Below are positions 10,385 through 19,656 of a DNA stretch of 64,000 nucleotides, in pieces. Numbering within the stretch: the stretch's first letter is position 1; each line of letters opens with the position of its first letter. The notes beneath the pieces were generated by a model. That model made no database searches and was not told the origin of the DNA. It saw only the letters and a program-made list of their open reading frames with translations. Location: contig DATKWK010000017.1 in NCBI GenBank assembly GCA_035529595.1, positions 250,961 through 314,960 on the forward strand, given 5' to 3'. Source of the stretch: Candidatus Bathyarchaeia archaeon (lineage in GTDB: Bacteria > Patescibacteriota > Microgenomatia > PFEM01 > JAFGMK01). The position numbers and the translations under genes were made by a program.

Positions 10385-11692
10385 ATGGTTGATCAAAAAC
10401 TAACGGATTATATCAGGCAACAGCTTCAGCTGGGGCGGCTACATGAGCAAATAACCAAAAGTCTTTTGGATGCAGGCTGGCCGGAGGGGGAAATTCAAAC
10501 TGCTTTTCAATTGATTGACGCCCAAAATCAAACACCGGCTGCCATTCAGAACTCAACGGTAGCCAGTAGCAATTCTTTACCTTCCGTTGATTCGCTAATT
10601 AAAGAAAGCTGGCTAGTTTTTAGCAAACAGATTAAAACCTTGTTAGGAATTATTCTGCTGCCGGTCTTAGCTGCTATTCCTATCGTCATACTCTATTTTA
10701 TTGGTGCCGGATTTGGGGTTGCCTTATTAGTTAAAGATATTTCCGTCGTCAAGATTGTTTCAGTAATTGTTGTTTCAATATTATTAGGCCTGATAACGGT
10801 TTATATTTATGCTTGGAGCCAAGCAGCCCTGATTTTTACCCTGGACTCCTCGCCGGAACAGATCGGCATTCGGGAGTCATACCGGCGGGGCCGGAAAAAG
10901 ATCGGTGCTCTATTTTCCACTTATTCATGGTCTGGCTTGGTCATTTTAGGGGCTGTTTTCCTGCTGGTTGTACCGGCAATTTTTTTGGCTGTCAGTTTTT
11001 TTACCGCTTCTTATATTGCTGTTCTTGAAGACCAAAAAGGAATTAACGCTCTTTTAAAAAGCCGGCAATATATTAAAGGCAGATGGTGGGCGGTTTTTGG
11101 CCGTTTGATTTTTGTCAACTTGGTTTATATGCTTATTTTTTTTGCGGTTAAATTGCTTCTCTCGGGTATTCTTTCTCCTTTTAAGCTTGCCTCTTTAGCC
11201 AATCTTCTTTCGTCTGTACTATCGTTCTTAAGTCGTCTGTTTCTAGTGGTTTTTAATTTTGTCCTCTATCGTCACTTGAAGGGGATTAAAGGCGAATTTG
11301 TTTTCTCGCCGAGCAAAAAATCAAAGATCGGTTTGGTTTTAATATCTTTGTTATCACTTCTTAGTATTCTTGCGCCTTTGATTCTAGTGGCTATTAATCC
11401 GGTCGGGCAACTTTCCCAAGCCCGTGACAGCCAAAGAATGGCCGACCAGGTATTAATCAGCGGTGCTTTAGAACAATATTTTGTAAAAAATAACGTCTAT
11501 CCTGAATCATTAAATCAATTAGTCCCTCAATATTTAGAAACACTGCCTGATGATCCAAAGCCGGGAAAAAGTTATGATTATCTTCAGCTTTCAAAAAATG
11601 ATTATCAACTATGTTTTGAATTTGAGACTAAAGGACGCCAGTGTTCAAATTCTTCCGGAGAAGAACAAAAAATTCCCAAGCTTATATTTTAG
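10385..11692 (+). CDS. hypothetical polytopic membrane protein with a C-terminal pseudopilin-like (T2SS GspG-type) globular domain
   Basis: 435 aa. It has a soluble N-terminal region of about 55 aa and at least 6 predicted TM helices. The C-terminal region (ADQVLISGALEQYFVKNNVYPESLNQLVPQYLETLPDDPKPGKSYDY) resembles the type-II-secretion G/pseudopilin globular domain. Confidence 0.5.
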   Translation: MVDQKLTDYIRQQLQLGRLHEQITKSLLDAGWPEGEIQTAFQLIDAQNQTPAAIQNSTVASSNSLPSVDSLIKESWLVFSKQIKTLLGIILLPVLAAIPIVILYFIGAGFGVALLVKDISVVKIVSVIVVSILLGLITVYIYAWSQAALIFTLDSSPEQIGIRESYRRGRKKIGALFSTYSWSGLVILGAVFLLVVPAIFLAVSFFTASYIAVLEDQKGINALLKSRQYIKGRWWAVFGRLIFVNLVYMLIFFAVKLLLSGILSPFKLASLANLLSSVLSFLSRLFLVVFNFVLYRHLKGIKGEFVFSPSKKSKIGLVLISLLSLLSILAPLILVAINPVGQLSQARDSQRMADQVLISGALEQYFVKNNVYPESLNQLVPQYLETLPDDPKPGKSYDYLQLSKNDYQLCFEFETKGRQCSNSSGEEQKIPKLIF

Positions 11693-11707
11693 CCCTTTTT
11701 GTCTTTT

Positions 11708-12082
11708 TTAGTTTTTCCACAGGCCATGAAGATTGCAGTATTCCCGGGCGGAAATTTCTTTTGTCTGGACTGGAAATTCAGCTTCCGGTAACTGGCCAGG
11801 TGAAAGAAACTGACGATAGGTCTTACCATTAGCGATGATCTCGATCCATTCAACGAAATGGGTCTCTTCCATTGGGTGGGCGACCGAACCGACTTTGACT
11901 TTAACTCCAGTTTCGGTTTTTTCAATCACCGGGACATGTTTTTCCCTGCCTTGGTCTTGTGTCTTTTCAACCAGCGGCTCCATTGGTTGGCCGCAGCAGA
12001 CCAGTTGACCGCCGCCGACATGCAAAATCTGGATGATGTTGCCGCAGATGTTACATCGATAGATCTGGTTTCGTTGAACCAT
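11708..12082 (-). CDS. dfx: desulfoferrodoxin / superoxide reductase (2Fe-SOR)
   Basis: N-terminal desulforedoxin-like C-x2-C...CC (YRCNICGN...VCCGQPM) followed by an SOR domain with EKHVP and CNLHGLW motifs. Confidence 0.9.
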   Translation of the reverse strand: MVQRNQIYRCNICGNIIQILHVGGGQLVCCGQPMEPLVEKTQDQGREKHVPVIEKTETGVKVKVGSVAHPMEETHFVEWIEIIANGKTYRQFLSPGQLPEAEFPVQTKEISAREYCNLHGLWKN

Positions 12083-12160
12083 AATTTCTCCTTTATAATT
12101 AATTTAGATAACTTCTATTAGTCTAGTAGTAGTTATTGGGTTTGTCAAGGTGCTATTTTA

Positions 12161-12204
12161 GTGAAGTCGGCTTCACTTGACGCCGGGCGGTAAACCGTTA
12201 CAAT
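12161..12204 (+). promoter_or_regulatory. sigma70-like promoter (TTGACG-16-TACAAT) with a 6-bp perfect palindrome (GTGAAGtcggCTTCAC) abutting the -35, in the dfx / wHTH-NUDIX divergent intergenic region
   Basis: Palindrome at 12161-12176, -35 at 12177-12182, -10 at 12199-12204, ATG at 12214. The downstream mRNA would be nearly leaderless. Confidence 0.4.
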
Positions 12205-12213
12205 ATCCCTAAG

Positions 12214-12915
12214 ATGAGTTTTGAAATTAACATTCATTCTATTCAAGCTCAAGTTTTGATGGCTCTGTTGTTTAAACGGAAGGCTCGTTTTTCCGAGTTA
12301 AACTCCGACAAAATTCCGACCGATCATTTCACTTTTCATCTCAAGCAGTTGGTTAACCAGGCTTTAGTTAAGAAAATTGGTAATGGAAAATATTGTCTGA
12401 CTAACCAGGGTAAAGAGTTTGCTAACCGTTTTGACACCGAGAGGGCAAAATTTGAAAAGCAAGCGAAAATCGGTGTGGTCGTTTGTGGTGTTAAACTGGC
12501 AAACGGGGTCCGGAAATATTTAGTCCAGCAAAGACTGAAGCAACCCTTTTATGGCTATTACGGTTTTGTCTCCGGCAAAATACGTTTTGGAGAAACAGTT
12601 TCGGAAACTGCCGTTCGGGAGTTCCAGGAGGAAACCGGTCTAACCGGTCAGTTTTCCTTGACTGGTATAGAACATAAGATGGATTTTTCGGAAAAAGGTG
12701 AGCTTTTAGAAGATAAATTTTTCTTTATTTTTCGGGTTAAAAAGCCGTTGGGAAAGCTGGTTAAGTCTTTTGCTGGCGGTCGGAACCAATGGCTGGCGAA
12801 AAAAGAAATTGAGAAACTGGATAAGCGTTTTGGGGATGTCATGGCAATCATCAAAGTGCTTGAACAAAGAAAATTTACCTTTTGGGAGAATAAGTTTATC
12901 GTTTCCGGTTTTTAA
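12214..12915 (+). CDS. winged-helix (ArsR/MarR-like) DNA-binding domain fused to a NUDIX hydrolase domain
   Basis: N-terminal wHTH (FSELNSDKIPTDHFTFHLKQLVNQALVKKIGNGKYCLTNQG). C-terminal Nudix box GKIRFGETVSETAVREFQEETGL. Confidence 0.7.
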   Translation: MSFEINIHSIQAQVLMALLFKRKARFSELNSDKIPTDHFTFHLKQLVNQALVKKIGNGKYCLTNQGKEFANRFDTERAKFEKQAKIGVVVCGVKLANGVRKYLVQQRLKQPFYGYYGFVSGKIRFGETVSETAVREFQEETGLTGQFSLTGIEHKMDFSEKGELLEDKFFFIFRVKKPLGKLVKSFAGGRNQWLAKKEIEKLDKRFGDVMAIIKVLEQRKFTFWENKFIVSGF

Positions 12916-12951
12916 GTATTTCTCCTGTTTCTGCTTTGGGGAATCTTCCCT

Positions 12952-14037
12952 TTAGATTACTTCAACTTCATTCTCGAGCCAAATTCCGAAGTGACTAAAT
13001 ACCTCTTTCCGGATTGTTTCTATAAATGAAAGTAATTCATTAGGCGTTGCCTGGCCATGGTTAACCACGACTAAAGCGTGTTTATTCCAAGTACCGCAGT
13101 TGCCGATTCTTTTTCCCTTCCAGCCGATTTCTTCCAGTAGCCAACCGGCAGCGACTTTAACGTAATTATCCTGTTCTAAAGGCAAGCTATCTGGTTTTGG
13201 GTAGGTTAATTTACTGATCGGATAAAATTGAATGCCCGGTGCCTTCTTTTGCAGTTCTTTCAATTTTTTCTTACTGACGACCGGGTTTTTAAAAAAAGAT
13301 CCGGCATTGCCGACTCTTCTGATATCCGGCAGCTTCCTTTTCCGGATACTGACAATTGCTCGATAAACATCTTTTATAGTGTAGGGTTTTTTGGCTATTC
13401 TTTGCAGTTCTTTTTCTACCGATTCATAACGTGAGTGATAGGATATTTCAGGCTTAGGGTTTTTATCAAGCTTTAATCGGATCTTGGTAACCAGATAGCG
13501 ATTCGTTAGTCTTTCTTTAAAGATACTGCTTCGGTAAGCAAACTGGCAATCTGTTTTCTTAAAAACCTTCTTCCGGCCAGTAATTAAGTTAATAGCCTCA
13601 AGCGAAATAAAGCAATCTTCTAGATTATGGCCGTAACAGGCAATGTTTTGGACCGGGGCAGCCCCAGCCGTTCCGGGTACCAGCGCTAAATTTTCAATTC
13701 CCCCCCACTCTTTATCAACAACATAGTCGACTAAGGTCGGCCAGTCTTCGCCGCCGGCGATTTCCAGGATAATTTCTTTTCGGTTTTTTTCGATTATCTC
13801 TTTCCCCTGAAGCGAATTTTTTAAGACTAAACCGTCAAAGTTCTGACTGAAAAGGATATTGGCACCATGACCCAGAACCAGGATTTTTTCCTTAGCTAAT
13901 TTCTCTTGATTAAGGATTTCTAATATATCTTTTTCGTCTTTGACTTCAGTGAAATATTTTGCTTTGACATCAAGATGAAAAGTATTATGCTTTTCAAGCG
14001 GATAATTTTTTTTGATCTTTACCATTTCATATTTCAC
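12952..14037 (-). CDS. murB: UDP-N-acetylenolpyruvoylglucosamine reductase
   Basis: FAD-binding N-terminus (LVLGHGANILF) and a MurB C-terminal domain. The start may be the internal ATG at 14025 (MVKIKK...), which would remove the overlap with the upstream ORF. Confidence 0.85.
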   Translation of the reverse strand: MKYEMVKIKKNYPLEKHNTFHLDVKAKYFTEVKDEKDILEILNQEKLAKEKILVLGHGANILFSQNFDGLVLKNSLQGKEIIEKNRKEIILEIAGGEDWPTLVDYVVDKEWGGIENLALVPGTAGAAPVQNIACYGHNLEDCFISLEAINLITGRKKVFKKTDCQFAYRSSIFKERLTNRYLVTKIRLKLDKNPKPEISYHSRYESVEKELQRIAKKPYTIKDVYRAIVSIRKRKLPDIRRVGNAGSFFKNPVVSKKKLKELQKKAPGIQFYPISKLTYPKPDSLPLEQDNYVKVAAGWLLEEIGWKGKRIGNCGTWNKHALVVVNHGQATPNELLSFIETIRKEVFSHFGIWLENEVEVI

Positions 14038-14410
14038 CCCGGGGGCTTCTGGAGGCCCTCTTTTTATTAAAAACCTGCTTTCTAATTAATTGCCAGATCT
14101 TTATCAAAATTTTCTTAGTAACTACCCAGAGGAAATTATTCGTTTGGGTAAAAATCGGTTTACCGGCACCGATCATCCTTGACCAACAGGAAAGGACTAC
14201 CCATTCCCTTCTTTCATTCTGCTTGGCAATAATTTCGATTCTCTGCAAACCGTAGGTCTTATAGAACTTGAATGATCCCGGAGTTTTTCCCCTAATACTG
14301 GTATCCGGCCGCCTTAAAGTATACCAGGCATCCGATTGGGCGATGCCGCGTTGGTAAAGGCGCTCGATAGCGTGCTTGGTGAAAATCACTCCTTTAAAAA
14401 TTTCCTGCAT
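14027..14410 (-). CDS. hypothetical protein, DUF4258-like (RelE/ParE-fold toxin-like) N-terminal domain
   Basis: FTKHAIERLYQRGI...IEIIAKQNERREWVVLSCW matches the DUF4258 pattern (HAxxRMxERGI...VVITvy). There is a C-terminal basic tail. No partner antitoxin is evident. Confidence 0.4.
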   Translation of the reverse strand: MQEIFKGVIFTKHAIERLYQRGIAQSDAWYTLRRPDTSIRGKTPGSFKFYKTYGLQRIEIIAKQNERREWVVLSCWSRMIGAGKPIFTQTNNFLWVVTKKILIKIWQLIRKQVFNKKRASRSPRGEI

Positions 14411-14541
14411 AAGGTTATTTTAACATTTGGTTTGAGTTTAAGTCAGATATAATTACTGGTAGCTACTCAGGCTCTTTGATAAGACGGCCTTTTTTGAACA
14501 TCTAATAGTAATCGGAGTCAGAATGATAAACGGGAGGGAAT

Positions 14542-15024
14542 CTAAGGAAAAAAGAGGATCTGGTTGCCAACCTTAATATCCAATTTTTTAATCTCTCCGG
14601 CGTTTATTTCCAGAACTCTATCAAAAGGTTTCTTCGAAATTACTACCTGGGGTGCTTCTCCTGTTTTGGGGAAGGGAATATTTTCTGCTAGATCAACCAC
14701 TTCTCTTCCATTAATAAAGACAAAATCCAGGTTGAATTTCATTTTATTCATCCAAAAGGGGGTCAGTCTGGATTCCTGAAAAACGAAAAGCATTCCCTGG
14801 TTTGATTCCAAAGCTTCTTTGCCTGAAAGACCTCGGGTAATTTCCAGCGGATCATCGGCGATTTCTACATAAATTTTTTGCTTATTGATATTAAGGTAGG
14901 GTTTTAAATCTTGGGATATGGACCTATTTTTTCTTGTTAATATTAGCAACGGGATAAGAATTAGAAACCAGAGAAGAAACTTGATCCTGGTAAATATTTT
15001 ATTCTTTGAGGGCATTAACAACAA
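14542..15024 (-). CDS. DUF192 (COG1430) family protein, membrane anchored
   Basis: N-terminal TM helix, then the conserved DUF192 core (GLSGKEALESNQGMLFVF...FWMNKMKFNLDFVFI...VLEINAG). Confidence 0.65.
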   Translation of the reverse strand: MLLMPSKNKIFTRIKFLLWFLILIPLLILTRKNRSISQDLKPYLNINKQKIYVEIADDPLEITRGLSGKEALESNQGMLFVFQESRLTPFWMNKMKFNLDFVFINGREVVDLAENIPFPKTGEAPQVVISKKPFDRVLEINAGEIKKLDIKVGNQILFFP

Positions 15025-15536
15025 AAACTCCTCTTGTAAAATTTCACGAATAAGTATGCCAATACTCCTCCGGCGATAGCGGTCAAAAGCTGAGGCCAGC
15101 TCATCATTATTGCTGCTTGACGGGCAATTTCCTTTTTCAAAAGTAAATTGACAACTGTTAAACTGGTACCAGACAAAAAAGCAAATTTTAAAATACTGGC
15201 CAATATCACTCCAAGCCAGTAGTTTCTGTCCTTTAAAACATTAAAAGTCACCACCAAAATAGCGTTCCCTACCATAATAAACGGGATCATTGGCGTCAGT
15301 ACCGGCGGTAAAAGACCGGCTGAAAGGGCGATTATACTGGGAACCAAACCGACGATAATTCCGGCTTGAAACCCCAAAAGCATCGTTGAAACGAAAAGCG
15401 TGGCATTGATAACTGGTCCGGTAATCGTCTGCTGGTGAAATAAGGGGACTATTGTGGCAACACCCACTAAGGTAATAAATTGGATTAAAACGGTAATCTT
15501 TTCTCTGCTGATGGCTAAGGTTTCGGTATTATTCAT
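15015..15536 (-). CDS. small 5-6 TM membrane protein, possibly an ECF-transporter S-component-like substrate carrier
   Basis: 173 aa and very hydrophobic. HQQTITGPVINATLF resembles the first loop of ECF S components. The call is weak. Confidence 0.35.
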   Translation of the reverse strand: MNNTETLAISREKITVLIQFITLVGVATIVPLFHQQTITGPVINATLFVSTMLLGFQAGIIVGLVPSIIALSAGLLPPVLTPMIPFIMVGNAILVVTFNVLKDRNYWLGVILASILKFAFLSGTSLTVVNLLLKKEIARQAAIMMSWPQLLTAIAGGVLAYLFVKFYKRSFCC

Positions 15537-17247
15537 GAGTTTCTTTGGAATCTTTCAGTTTTTTAATTTCTGATTTTTTTCGAGGCGCAAAATGAGTGTG
15601 GAGTATTTTTTTAACCGATTCATCATTGAAAAACAAATCAGCATATATTTTTTTGACCGCCAAACTGTTATGCGCGCCTTTCAGTTCTCTCTGCTGGTCG
15701 ATGAAATATAGCGATTCAGATCTTTTTTGGACTATTCTTTTATTTGTCGGTAACGATTGACCGCCTCCGCCGACACAGCCCCCGGGGCAGGCCATAACTT
15801 CAACGGCGTTATATATCCCTGGATTATTTTTTAACTCTTCCATTACTTTTTGCGCATTTTTTATACCGCTCACTACACAAATCCTTAAAATCTCATCGCC
15901 GATCTTTATTTCTTTTTTCTTTATTCCCTCCATCCCCCTAATCTCTTTTACGGTATTCTTTGGCATTTCTTCTCCGGTTACTTTGAAGTATGCCGTTCGA
16001 AATGCCGACTCAAAAACCCCTCCGCTTGATCCGTAAATTACTCCCGCTCCGGAAGGTGACCCAAGTGGATCGTCAGCTTCCTGCGGTATTATTTTTTTAA
16101 AATCAATTTTGTTTTTCTTAAACAGCCTTACCAATTCTCGGGTGGTTAAAACGCAATCAACCGGGTAGCGCCCTTCTATTTTTAATTCCTCTCGTTTGAT
16201 TTCGAATTTTTTAGCCACACAAGGCATGATTGAGACAACAACAATATTTTTCGGGTCGATATTTTTTTCTTTACTCCAATATTCTTTAATGATCCCTCCC
16301 AGCATTATCTGGGGCGATCTTGAAGTACACAGGTTCGGAATAAATTCCGGGTAGTCGAATTCCACAAATTTAACCCAGGCCGGGCAACAGGAAGACAGAA
16401 CCGGCAAATTTTGGTTTGTTCGCAATCGCTCAATCAGTTCATTGGCTTCTTCCATTGTCGTAAAGTCTGCACCCGAGGCCGTATCAAAAACATAGTCAAA
16501 GCCGAGTTTTTTAAGTCCGGAAACCAATTGTCCAGTTGCAATTTTTCCCATCTCCATCCCAAATTCTTCTCCGACGCTTGTTCGTATAGACGGTGCGAAC
16601 TGAACCACCGTAATTTTATTTTTGTCTTTAAATAGCTGCTCTAATTCTTCAAATTCGCCAACTCCTTCAATTGCGCCGAATGGGCAGTGAAGAATGCATT
16701 GTCCGCAACTTATGCACTCTTTTTTTTCGTCGCTTGACGGCTCTACTTTTTCCAGCTTATTTAAGTCTAAGAAATCAACCGGACAGACGCTCAAACAATT
16801 CTCGCAACCGATGCATTTTGTCTGATCGAAAACAATTGTTCCTGTTTGTAAAACCTGGTAGGCGTCATTTTTTTTACCTTTTGGCGTTATTTCGAATTTT
16901 CTGACTAATTCTAAAAGTTTACAATGTTCAAACCAGACGCAATCGTCGCACTCTAAAAGATGTTCTTTTAAAATTAATCGCAGATTTTTATCTCTTTCTT
17001 TTTTGATTTCTGGTGATTCCGTAAATATTTCCATTCCGTTTTCTACCTGTGTTGAACAAGCACGCTTAAGTTTGTCAAAACCACTAATTTTAACCAAGCA
17101 CATCCCGCAATGATGTTTTATCTCAATATCCGGATGGTAGCAGAGGAACGGAATCTCGATTTTATTTTCCAAAGCCGTATCTAAAATCGTTTTTCCTACG
17201 TCGGTAGATATTAGTTTGCCATTTATCTTAACTGAGACTTTTTTCAT
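15529..17247 (-). CDS. hydA: [FeFe] hydrogenase catalytic subunit (HydA; 2Fe-2S + 2x[4Fe-4S] + H-cluster domain)
   Basis: All three H-cluster motifs are present: L1 SSCCPAW, L2 MPCVAKKFE, L3 EVMACPGGCVGGGGQ. There is also an N-terminal plant-type ferredoxin domain and two C-x2-C-x2-C-x3-CP ferredoxin motifs. Confidence 0.9.
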   Translation of the reverse strand: MKKVSVKINGKLISTDVGKTILDTALENKIEIPFLCYHPDIEIKHHCGMCLVKISGFDKLKRACSTQVENGMEIFTESPEIKKERDKNLRLILKEHLLECDDCVWFEHCKLLELVRKFEITPKGKKNDAYQVLQTGTIVFDQTKCIGCENCLSVCPVDFLDLNKLEKVEPSSDEKKECISCGQCILHCPFGAIEGVGEFEELEQLFKDKNKITVVQFAPSIRTSVGEEFGMEMGKIATGQLVSGLKKLGFDYVFDTASGADFTTMEEANELIERLRTNQNLPVLSSCCPAWVKFVEFDYPEFIPNLCTSRSPQIMLGGIIKEYWSKEKNIDPKNIVVVSIMPCVAKKFEIKREELKIEGRYPVDCVLTTRELVRLFKKNKIDFKKIIPQEADDPLGSPSGAGVIYGSSGGVFESAFRTAYFKVTGEEMPKNTVKEIRGMEGIKKKEIKIGDEILRICVVSGIKNAQKVMEELKNNPGIYNAVEVMACPGGCVGGGGQSLPTNKRIVQKRSESLYFIDQQRELKGAHNSLAVKKIYADLFFNDESVKKILHTHFAPRKKSEIKKLKDSKETHE

Positions 17248-18776
17248 AATTTTTCTTCCTTGTGGAGAACCTTTGCCGTCAGATATTCAACCGGAGAAAA
17301 ATTATCGGTCATTACCGGATGCGAGGAAAAGTCAAATTTGCTCAGATTAATGATTTTCTTCCCCAGCGACCGTATTGTCGGATTTTTGTTGCCGGTGATT
17401 TTTTGGTCGTTAAAGTCGATCTTTTTATCACTATTATAGCCGACGAAAATAATGTTTTGCGATTCGATTTTATCCGGCGAGTCGACGGCAAAAAAATAAC
17501 AGTTTGGGAAAGCAGTCTGGAATGTTCTTATTTCCGACATAATTAGTGATGGTTCCTGCTGCGATAAATCTCCTATTAAATTAGCGATGAATATACCGTC
17601 ATCGTTTAGCTTACTTTTTGCAATTTTAAAGAATTCTTGAGTTGTAAAATGAGCGGGGATGGAAAATAAGGAATAGTAGACATCACTAAATATCAAGTCG
17701 TACCGCTTGTCAGTATCATGAAGCAGTCTGCGCCCATCTTCTGTATAGTTGTGTAAACGCTCTGTTTCAGTTACCCTGAAATACTTTCGGGCAAGTTCAA
17801 AAAGGGACGGCTCGATTTCCGATACATCAATAGTTGCGCCGGGAATATCATTAAGCAGTGCTTTCGGAATTGAATATGCACCCCCGCCGATAATGAGAGC
17901 GTTTTTTACCATGGGCTTGAAAATCTGATATAACGCGTAATATTTTGTGTAGCCGAAAACCAACTCATTAGAATTAAGGAACATGGCTCCGGAATTATTG
18001 CGATCCTGTCGGAAAAACCTGGTTGGTTTTCCATTATATTCTTCATCGTAAATCGTGATTTTCTCATAGACTCCGTCATGGCTATAAATAATATTGTTGT
18101 TCTTGAAGGAAGAGACAGTAACTATCAAGAAAACTCCGACTATGATAAACAGAACAATCGGTAAAAGTGATTTATAATAATTTCCAGGTTTCAAAAGCGG
18201 GATTAGTCCTAAAATCGTGAGGATTAGGGCAATGGTTAAAATAATTTGATTGATTCCGAATTGAGGAATGAGTACGAATCCGGTAAACAAACTGCCGAAT
18301 ATACTACCCAAGGTTGACCAAAAGAAGATTTCCCCAGTGATACTCCCGATCCCCTTTTCAGGGAAACGTAATCCTTGTAACTTAATGGCAAACGGGGACA
18401 GCGTACCAAGCAGTAAACTGGGCAGAAAAAATAAAATAACCGCAGAAATAATGGGCCCGCTCACAATCGAGAGGCCATATCCAAGCGTTGGCAGTAAGAA
18501 CAGATTAAGTAGATGAAGAAAGATAACACTTAGCCCGCTTGTTAAAATGATGGTGTAGAAGAATTTTTCCGAAGGATATTTGTCGGCCAGTTTGCCGCCA
18601 AAGTAATACCCGACGCTTAAGGCCGCTAACACGACGCCGATGACGCTGGAAACAGTAAAAATTGTATTGCCAAAATACGGAGACAAAATTCTAGTCGCAA
18701 TAACCTCCATGACCAAGACACAGGCGCCGGTTGAAAATACGACAAACGGTAAACTAGATTTTTTTATATTATTCAT
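17244..18776 (-). CDS. spermidine-synthase-family aminopropyltransferase fused to an N-terminal multi-TM domain
   Basis: At least 7 TM helices, then a class-I MTase-like fold (ALIIGGGAYSIPKALLNDIPGATIDVSEIEP...IFSDVY) characteristic of membrane-fused spermidine synthase homologs. Confidence 0.72.
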   Translation of the reverse strand: MNNIKKSSLPFVVFSTGACVLVMEVIATRILSPYFGNTIFTVSSVIGVVLAALSVGYYFGGKLADKYPSEKFFYTIILTSGLSVIFLHLLNLFLLPTLGYGLSIVSGPIISAVILFFLPSLLLGTLSPFAIKLQGLRFPEKGIGSITGEIFFWSTLGSIFGSLFTGFVLIPQFGINQIILTIALILTILGLIPLLKPGNYYKSLLPIVLFIIVGVFLIVTVSSFKNNNIIYSHDGVYEKITIYDEEYNGKPTRFFRQDRNNSGAMFLNSNELVFGYTKYYALYQIFKPMVKNALIIGGGAYSIPKALLNDIPGATIDVSEIEPSLFELARKYFRVTETERLHNYTEDGRRLLHDTDKRYDLIFSDVYYSLFSIPAHFTTQEFFKIAKSKLNDDGIFIANLIGDLSQQEPSLIMSEIRTFQTAFPNCYFFAVDSPDKIESQNIIFVGYNSDKKIDFNDQKITGNKNPTIRSLGKKIINLSKFDFSSHPVMTDNFSPVEYLTAKVLHKEEKL

Positions 18777-18812
18777 AATCTTATTTGATTCTCGTAACTG
18801 GATTTAATCTCA

Positions 18813-19589
18813 TTACCGAATAACAAATAACCAAAATAATATAGCAGCAATAATCCGATATACGCCAAACGGAATGAAAGTATGGCTCTTAATGAAGTTG
18901 AGCAGCCATTTTATACTTGTCAAGGCAACAATAAAGGAGATAATAAAGCCGATTGTCAATAAATGAAACTGACTAAAAGAAAAATTGCCTGCGCTTTTTA
19001 ATAAATCAAAACCGGCGGCCGTTGCCATGGTCGGCGCTGCCAAAAGAAACGAAAATTCGACAATGGTCTCGCGGCTAATTCCCATAATTAGACCACCGAC
19101 AATAGTTGCCGCTGACCGCGATACTCCCGGAATCATGGCGATTGATTGGGCGATGCCGATGGCGATCGACTGTTTATAGTCGATTTTTTGTAATTCGATA
19201 TCGATAGCAGAGTTTTTCTTTTTATACCAAAGCTCAAATACAATCAAAGCGATTCCACCGAGAAAAAGCGACCAAAGAGTTAGTTCGCCGTTTGAAAGTA
19301 AATATTTTTTTATCGATTTGTAAAAGATAAACCCTAAAATTGCGGTTGGGATAAAAGCGATTATTACTCTCTTCCAAACTTCTTTATCAGTAAAAACCCG
19401 CCTCCAATACAGCACGACAACCGCCAAAACCGCACCGAGTTGAATGACTATTTCAAAGCTCTTAGTAAAATTGGAATCAGAAACGCCGAGTAAACGATTT
19501 GCTAATATCAAGTGTCCGGTTGAAGAAATCGGCAAAAATTCAGTTATACCTTCGATAATGCTTAAAATTAGAGTTTGGATGAGTGTCAT
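18813..19589 (-). CDS. uppP: undecaprenyl-diphosphate phosphatase
   Basis: MTLIQTLILSIIEGITEFLPISSTGHLIL is the BacA/UppP signature. 8-TM protein. Confidence 0.9.
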   Translation of the reverse strand: MTLIQTLILSIIEGITEFLPISSTGHLILANRLLGVSDSNFTKSFEIVIQLGAVLAVVVLYWRRVFTDKEVWKRVIIAFIPTAILGFIFYKSIKKYLLSNGELTLWSLFLGGIALIVFELWYKKKNSAIDIELQKIDYKQSIAIGIAQSIAMIPGVSRSAATIVGGLIMGISRETIVEFSFLLAAPTMATAAGFDLLKSAGNFSFSQFHLLTIGFIISFIVALTSIKWLLNFIKSHTFIPFGVYRIIAAILFWLFVIR

Positions 19590-19656
19590 ATTATAATCTT
19601 TCTATTCTCTATTTTGGGATTTCCTGGAGGCTTTTTAGAAAAACCTAATTTACCGG

